From positions 96,001-160,000 of the IMG/VR virus record IMGVR_UViG_3300014206_000007: 64,000 nucleotides of DNA; one strand, 5' to 3'. The DNA is from a virus. Lineage: Duplodnaviria > Caudoviricetes. This document shows, one piece after another, positions 59,736-64,000 of the stretch. A program made the position numbers and the translations under genes. Position 1 is the stretch's first letter. Each line of letters begins with the position of its first letter. The notes under the pieces are model-generated. The model saw only the letters and a program-made list of their open reading frames with translations. It was not told where the DNA came from and made no database searches.

Positions 59736-59962
59736 TATTTTTCACCTCCATATATTAGCGCTTTTAATAGTCTTAGCAAGGTAGGATTACCAAAAATCAT
59801 ATTTTATACACCTAAATAATATATAATTAAAATTATCCATGATAAATTTTTAATTAACTTTTTGCATCAGTTTATAACCCCCAGAACAAATTTCGTAATT
59901 AAATGCATATTAAATGAATAAATAAAACTTAAAATTTATAGAAAGTTGGTGAAAAAATAGAT

Positions 59963-60928
59963 ATGGGATATCAACCAGTAAGTTATTTGTCCTATCGAAA
60001 TGGGCAAGATAACGATGAAAGAGTTCACATAGATGGAAATTTGCAACCGCCATCATTCCAAAGCATGTATCAAAATTTTGATCGCTTTTATTCAATATAT
60101 CCCGATACAGAATTGGTTGATTTAAAACAATACATTTTTTTAGTTCGACCCGAACTAAATGTTTTGTCAGAATCCAATCCAAACGTAGTTAGCGAAACAT
60201 GTTCGAAGGATAATTGGATGAAGCTAATGGCAAAAGATAATAATATAATGATGAGGCATCTTACAACTGCATTAGACCCAAATCATGATTTTATGACATT
60301 TTTAGTTGGAAGAACCGAATCATTACAGATACCAGATTATAGTCTAAAAAATTATAGTATAAGTCAACCATATACAAATTTCTTGATGCCATATGCAACA
60401 AATGCAATTGAGTCAAGAACAGGAGGAACATTTGATATTATTTTTAGAGAAGATAATAAACTTCGTGTTAATAAATTATTTTATACATGGATGTATTATA
60501 TAGATGCGGTTAATAGAGATATCTTTACACCAAAATATAAGTATATCATATATAATAAATTTGATTATGTTACTAGTGTATACCATTTTGTATGTGCCCC
60601 TGATGGGGAAACCATATTATGGTGGAGTAAGTATACAGGATGTATACCAATAAATGTACCAAATAGTAACTTGAGTTTTAATCTTAGAGGTCAAGCAGAT
60701 AATAAAATATCAGTATCATTTGCATACTTCTTACATGAAGCAATGACTCCAGATATTTTAGCGGACTTTAATCAAAATTCAAGAGCAAGCATGAATCAAT
60801 ATGTTCCGACATATGATGAATATTCACATGGTTCTGGAAACGCCTTAGTTGGGGCTCCATTTATATATAGAAAAGATTCAGAAGCATATCAATATTATCT
60901 AAGATGGAGAAGACCTAGACAATTTTAA
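59963..60928 (+). CDS. Tail tube-like/baseplate protein
   Basis: FDIIFRE...FYTWM, KYTGCIP, ISVSFAY patterns resemble the tube fold; precedes the large baseplate gene. Confidence 0.55.
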   Translation: MGYQPVSYLSYRNGQDNDERVHIDGNLQPPSFQSMYQNFDRFYSIYPDTELVDLKQYIFLVRPELNVLSESNPNVVSETCSKDNWMKLMAKDNNIMMRHLTTALDPNHDFMTFLVGRTESLQIPDYSLKNYSISQPYTNFLMPYATNAIESRTGGTFDIIFREDNKLRVNKLFYTWMYYIDAVNRDIFTPKYKYIIYNKFDYVTSVYHFVCAPDGETILWWSKYTGCIPINVPNSNLSFNLRGQADNKISVSFAYFLHEAMTPDILADFNQNSRASMNQYVPTYDEYSHGSGNALVGAPFIYRKDSEAYQYYLRWRRPRQF

Positions 60929-60956
60929 AAAATAATATAAAGGAGGTATAGTTATT

Positions 60957-63896
60957 ATGGACTATAGTAATTTATCAGAAATTAAAAAATATTGGCTTGA
61001 AGAAATTGCACCAAACTATTTTGATATGGAAAATACAAATAATTACCAAGTTGGTATATTTGGCTATATAAATGAAATAATTGGAAATACTGCTGAAGAT
61101 TCATTCAATGCTATCAATATAGCAAGAAGAGAATTCTATCCAGTAACCGCTCAATATAAGCAGTCCTTATATAAAATGGCTGCAACACAAAAAATTGATT
61201 TACCATTAACAACTCCAGCATCTTCTAAAGCAATTCTAATATTCAAAGAAGATGAAATAGTGAGTAATGGTACTTATAATAATGGAGTCTATACATGTGT
61301 AATTGATAGTAGTTTACAAATTATGGCAGGAGATATTCCATTCCTTTTGGACTATCCAATAGTTATAATTTCTAAAAGAGAAGGAAATAAGTGGATACAC
61401 ACATCTCACTATCAAATTGATATAGAAAACTCTTTAAGTAATAACCCAAACCGTTATATCATGAATAAAACAATTATCCAGAGTGGGGTAAGATATGTTT
61501 TATTATCGGTATCATTAAAGCAACTTTCACTTGAATCGATGTCTCAATTGGTAGTGAAAGATAATATAGTTAATACAGTAACAATGGATTTTAGATTTAG
61601 TGGAAATTTAGCTAACTTCGAAGTTTTTTATCGTGAAGTAACTGGCTCTACTAATGATATCCAATTAAAGAAAGTTTTAAAGGGTGGCTCAGCACCACCT
61701 AATCCATTCTGTTATTATGAAATCGTCGATCCAAATATAATAAGATTGACATTTAAGAAGAATGTATATTTCAATCCTGCATTTAATTCAGAAATTATAT
61801 TAAATGCATATACATCTCTAGGAGATGCAGGAAACTTTGAAGTATTTAAAGATGCATTAACATGTACTGCAAAATCAGAAAAATACCCTTATAATAATAA
61901 GATGATTATTACTGGTAAAATTAATGGTAGTAGTAGAGGTGGAGTTAATGCTGTCGTAGATGAAGAATTTAGAAAATTAATTACTGATGCATATAGCACC
62001 AATAATACAATTACTACATCTAATGATTTACAAATTTACTTTGATAAAGTTGCCAGAATTAATCAAGATGCACAAAAAACTAAAGTTCTTTTTAGGAAGA
62101 AACGTGATGATGCATTGGTTAGATTATATGGTGCATATATTTTATTAAAAGACACATATAATAATATTGTGCCTACAAATACCGTCGACCTTAATTTATG
62201 GAAGAATGATATAAGTCCAGCTGGTCCTGACTCATCTAATCGTATATTTATAAAACCAGGAACACTTTTTGAATATGAAACAGGAGTGTTTACTGCAAAA
62301 AAGGTAAGCGATTTAACAATAGTTGATGATTTAAATGTGTATGATGATAATAGTAGATTTATTTTCTCAAATCCATTTCTTATCGCACTCACATTAGACC
62401 CTAATGTAGTTGGTTACTACTTAAACTCAATCAATTCAATTAAACCAATTGAATATAAATATGTAAATGATAATACACTAAATCAGTTTATTGGAAGTAA
62501 TCTTAAATTCTACAGAAATGCATTGATAGGAGAAAATTTCTATAAAATTTCAATGACAATTTCGCCAGCATCAGAAATTGATCCGGCTACTATTGTAACG
62601 GTTAATTCTCCAGCAGAGGTCGCTAATGTCATTAGAGCTCCAAAAAATGGAATATTATTAAATATTCAATATGAAACTGATGGAGTTTATGCTAATTTCT
62701 TATATGACGATGCAACTACTCAGAAAATTCAAGTAAATAATATCGTTAAAAAGAATATCGTTTCTGGAGCATTTGAATATGTTACTGGATATGATATCCA
62801 AATTGAAGCATCTAAAAGATTTATACAAAATGATATCCTTGCAATAAAAAAAGATACCGATCTTGGTAGAGTAAGAATTGGGTTAGACTTTAAAAATATT
62901 TTATATGACAATCTCTATTATATTCCATTTACTATTGAGAACTATGATGCCAATTTAAATAGTTATGATATTGCGGCATATATATCAACTGACGATACCC
63001 TTACTCTCGAAGCACATTTATTAATTGAACATGGGATTATTAATAACACTGGTATAGAGAATGACAATATTACAATTCCAATGAACCAATTGGATGCTGA
63101 AATACATGTCTTCTTCAATAACTATGATACTAACTATTCCCATCAATATGACGGATTTGACTATTTTAGAAGTTATACGTTAACTAATACTTATAGCCTA
63201 GATGGTACTGAAGAAAATTATAAAGTATCATTAATTCAGCAAATTGATTTTATCCGTAGCACAATGACATTTACAGATAATCTCGAAGACCCAACTAATT
63301 TTGGAATCGTGTTAAAAGAAGTACCAGTATCTAAAGCTAACTGGTGTAAATCAATATCGAATTTTAGATATCTAATCGATAATATTTATGATAACTATCT
63401 AAAATTATCAGATACATATTACACATTAGAAAATAACTATGGTATTGACTTAAAATTCTTTAATACTTACGGTAAATCAAGATTCTTTAATGTTGGTCTT
63501 AAAAATATTACTAGTGTATTGGATAGTGTCAACTGCTCATTTAGTTTTGGAGTTTACTTGACTTCATTAACCTCACCAAATGTATTTTTAACTGAATTTA
63601 GACAATTTGTAAAAGACTATATAGAATCAATTAATTCAGTGAGTGTTTCCGGACAATCATTGTATATAATGAATCTTATTACTAGTCTGAAAATGAAGTT
63701 TTCTGAAATTGGTTATATTGAATACTATGGTCTTAATAGCTATAGCCACGAAGCACAAAAAATTGAAGGATTATCGAATGCTCAAATTGTAGCTTCGGGA
63801 ATAACTGACTATATTCCTGAATTTATTAATATACATTCAGTTCAAGAAGGCGCTGAGATGGTTCCGCAAATTAATATACTATTACTTGATTCATAA
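60957..63896 (+). CDS. Large baseplate wedge-like protein
   Basis: 979 aa; N-terminal E.YP.TA...SLY..A, YTSLG..GNF, S.GG..., ITTSNDL, as in T4 gp6/baseplate J-like proteins. Confidence 0.65.
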   Translation: MDYSNLSEIKKYWLEEIAPNYFDMENTNNYQVGIFGYINEIIGNTAEDSFNAINIARREFYPVTAQYKQSLYKMAATQKIDLPLTTPASSKAILIFKEDEIVSNGTYNNGVYTCVIDSSLQIMAGDIPFLLDYPIVIISKREGNKWIHTSHYQIDIENSLSNNPNRYIMNKTIIQSGVRYVLLSVSLKQLSLESMSQLVVKDNIVNTVTMDFRFSGNLANFEVFYREVTGSTNDIQLKKVLKGGSAPPNPFCYYEIVDPNIIRLTFKKNVYFNPAFNSEIILNAYTSLGDAGNFEVFKDALTCTAKSEKYPYNNKMIITGKINGSSRGGVNAVVDEEFRKLITDAYSTNNTITTSNDLQIYFDKVARINQDAQKTKVLFRKKRDDALVRLYGAYILLKDTYNNIVPTNTVDLNLWKNDISPAGPDSSNRIFIKPGTLFEYETGVFTAKKVSDLTIVDDLNVYDDNSRFIFSNPFLIALTLDPNVVGYYLNSINSIKPIEYKYVNDNTLNQFIGSNLKFYRNALIGENFYKISMTISPASEIDPATIVTVNSPAEVANVIRAPKNGILLNIQYETDGVYANFLYDDATTQKIQVNNIVKKNIVSGAFEYVTGYDIQIEASKRFIQNDILAIKKDTDLGRVRIGLDFKNILYDNLYYIPFTIENYDANLNSYDIAAYISTDDTLTLEAHLLIEHGIINNTGIENDNITIPMNQLDAEIHVFFNNYDTNYSHQYDGFDYFRSYTLTNTYSLDGTEENYKVSLIQQIDFIRSTMTFTDNLEDPTNFGIVLKEVPVSKANWCKSISNFRYLIDNIYDNYLKLSDTYYTLENNYGIDLKFFNTYGKSRFFNVGLKNITSVLDSVNCSFSFGVYLTSLTSPNVFLTEFRQFVKDYIESINSVSVSGQSLYIMNLITSLKMKFSEIGYIEYYGLNSYSHEAQKIEGLSNAQIVASGITDYIPEFINIHSVQEGAEMVPQINILLLDS

Positions 63897-64000
63897 AATT
63901 ATTGGAGAGATAAAATTCTCTCCAATATTTACTTTATTTATATACGAAAACAGACTAATAAAAATAAAATATTTTAATCGAAAGGTGTGAAAATTTTTAT

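Larger units (their letters stand above)
15895..59825 (-). promoter_or_regulatory. Dispersed early promoter motif ATATATTAT (13 copies)
   Basis: ATAATATAT on the + strand at 15895, 19009, 20831, 24906, 25651, 31805, 32489, 32829, 40961, 43037, 46768, 49828, 59816; all intergenic and upstream of minus-strand units. Confidence 0.7.
3245..63960. promoter_or_regulatory. Dispersed late promoter motif AACA-N6-TA (15 exact upstream copies)
   Basis: Minus strand: 3245, 3516, 10203, 15932, 21590, 22489, 34132, 34544, 40680, 45656, 59099; plus strand: 10259, 50511, 51893, 63949. Confidence 0.75.

Noticed and set aside
1692-62911. Numerous 60-180 aa ORFs antisense to or nested in long genes (e.g. 11990..12535, 16044..16457, 46016..46486, 62063..62392)
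   Set aside because: They overlap well-supported genes, lack RBSs and motifs, and are expected as shadow ORFs.
1-64000. tRNA/rRNA genes, CRISPR arrays, stop-codon reassignment
   Set aside because: None recognised by eye; long core genes are intact in the standard code and all three stop codons are used.

Overview
Very AT-rich, densely coding segment of a jumbo bacteriophage of the phiKZ/AR9/PBS1 type. The host is probably a Firmicute, judged from strong GGAGG ribosome-binding sites, a Clostridia-type holin and an SH3b cell-wall enzyme. Core genes are two split RNA polymerase beta-subunit C-terminal pieces (non-virion and virion), a RecA/UvsX-like recombinase, a PhuZ/TubZ-like tubulin, two type II topoisomerase subunits, DnaB and Dda/RecD-like helicases, RNase H, SbcD, and baseplate, tail and internal-head proteins. 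Highlights: (1) a compact diversity-generating retroelement (RT, TR, VR with 10/10 adenine-specific changes, 3' hairpin, no avd in the window). (2) A 1681-aa five-domain polyvalent protein whose domains are separated by x-x-E-S motifs resembling prohead-protease sites, i.e. a probable virion-packaged effector polyprotein. (3) Two phage promoter classes readable from sequence: early ATATATTAT and AR9-type late AACA-N6-TA, the latter hinting at uracil-DNA. (4) An ADP-ribosylation toolkit (NADAR, TARG1/DarG-like macrodomain, ART-like ORFs). (5) A candidate ~245-nt structured early ncRNA. (6) An exact 88-bp repeat inside a virion gene. All family assignments come from motif recognition by eye; no database searches were run.
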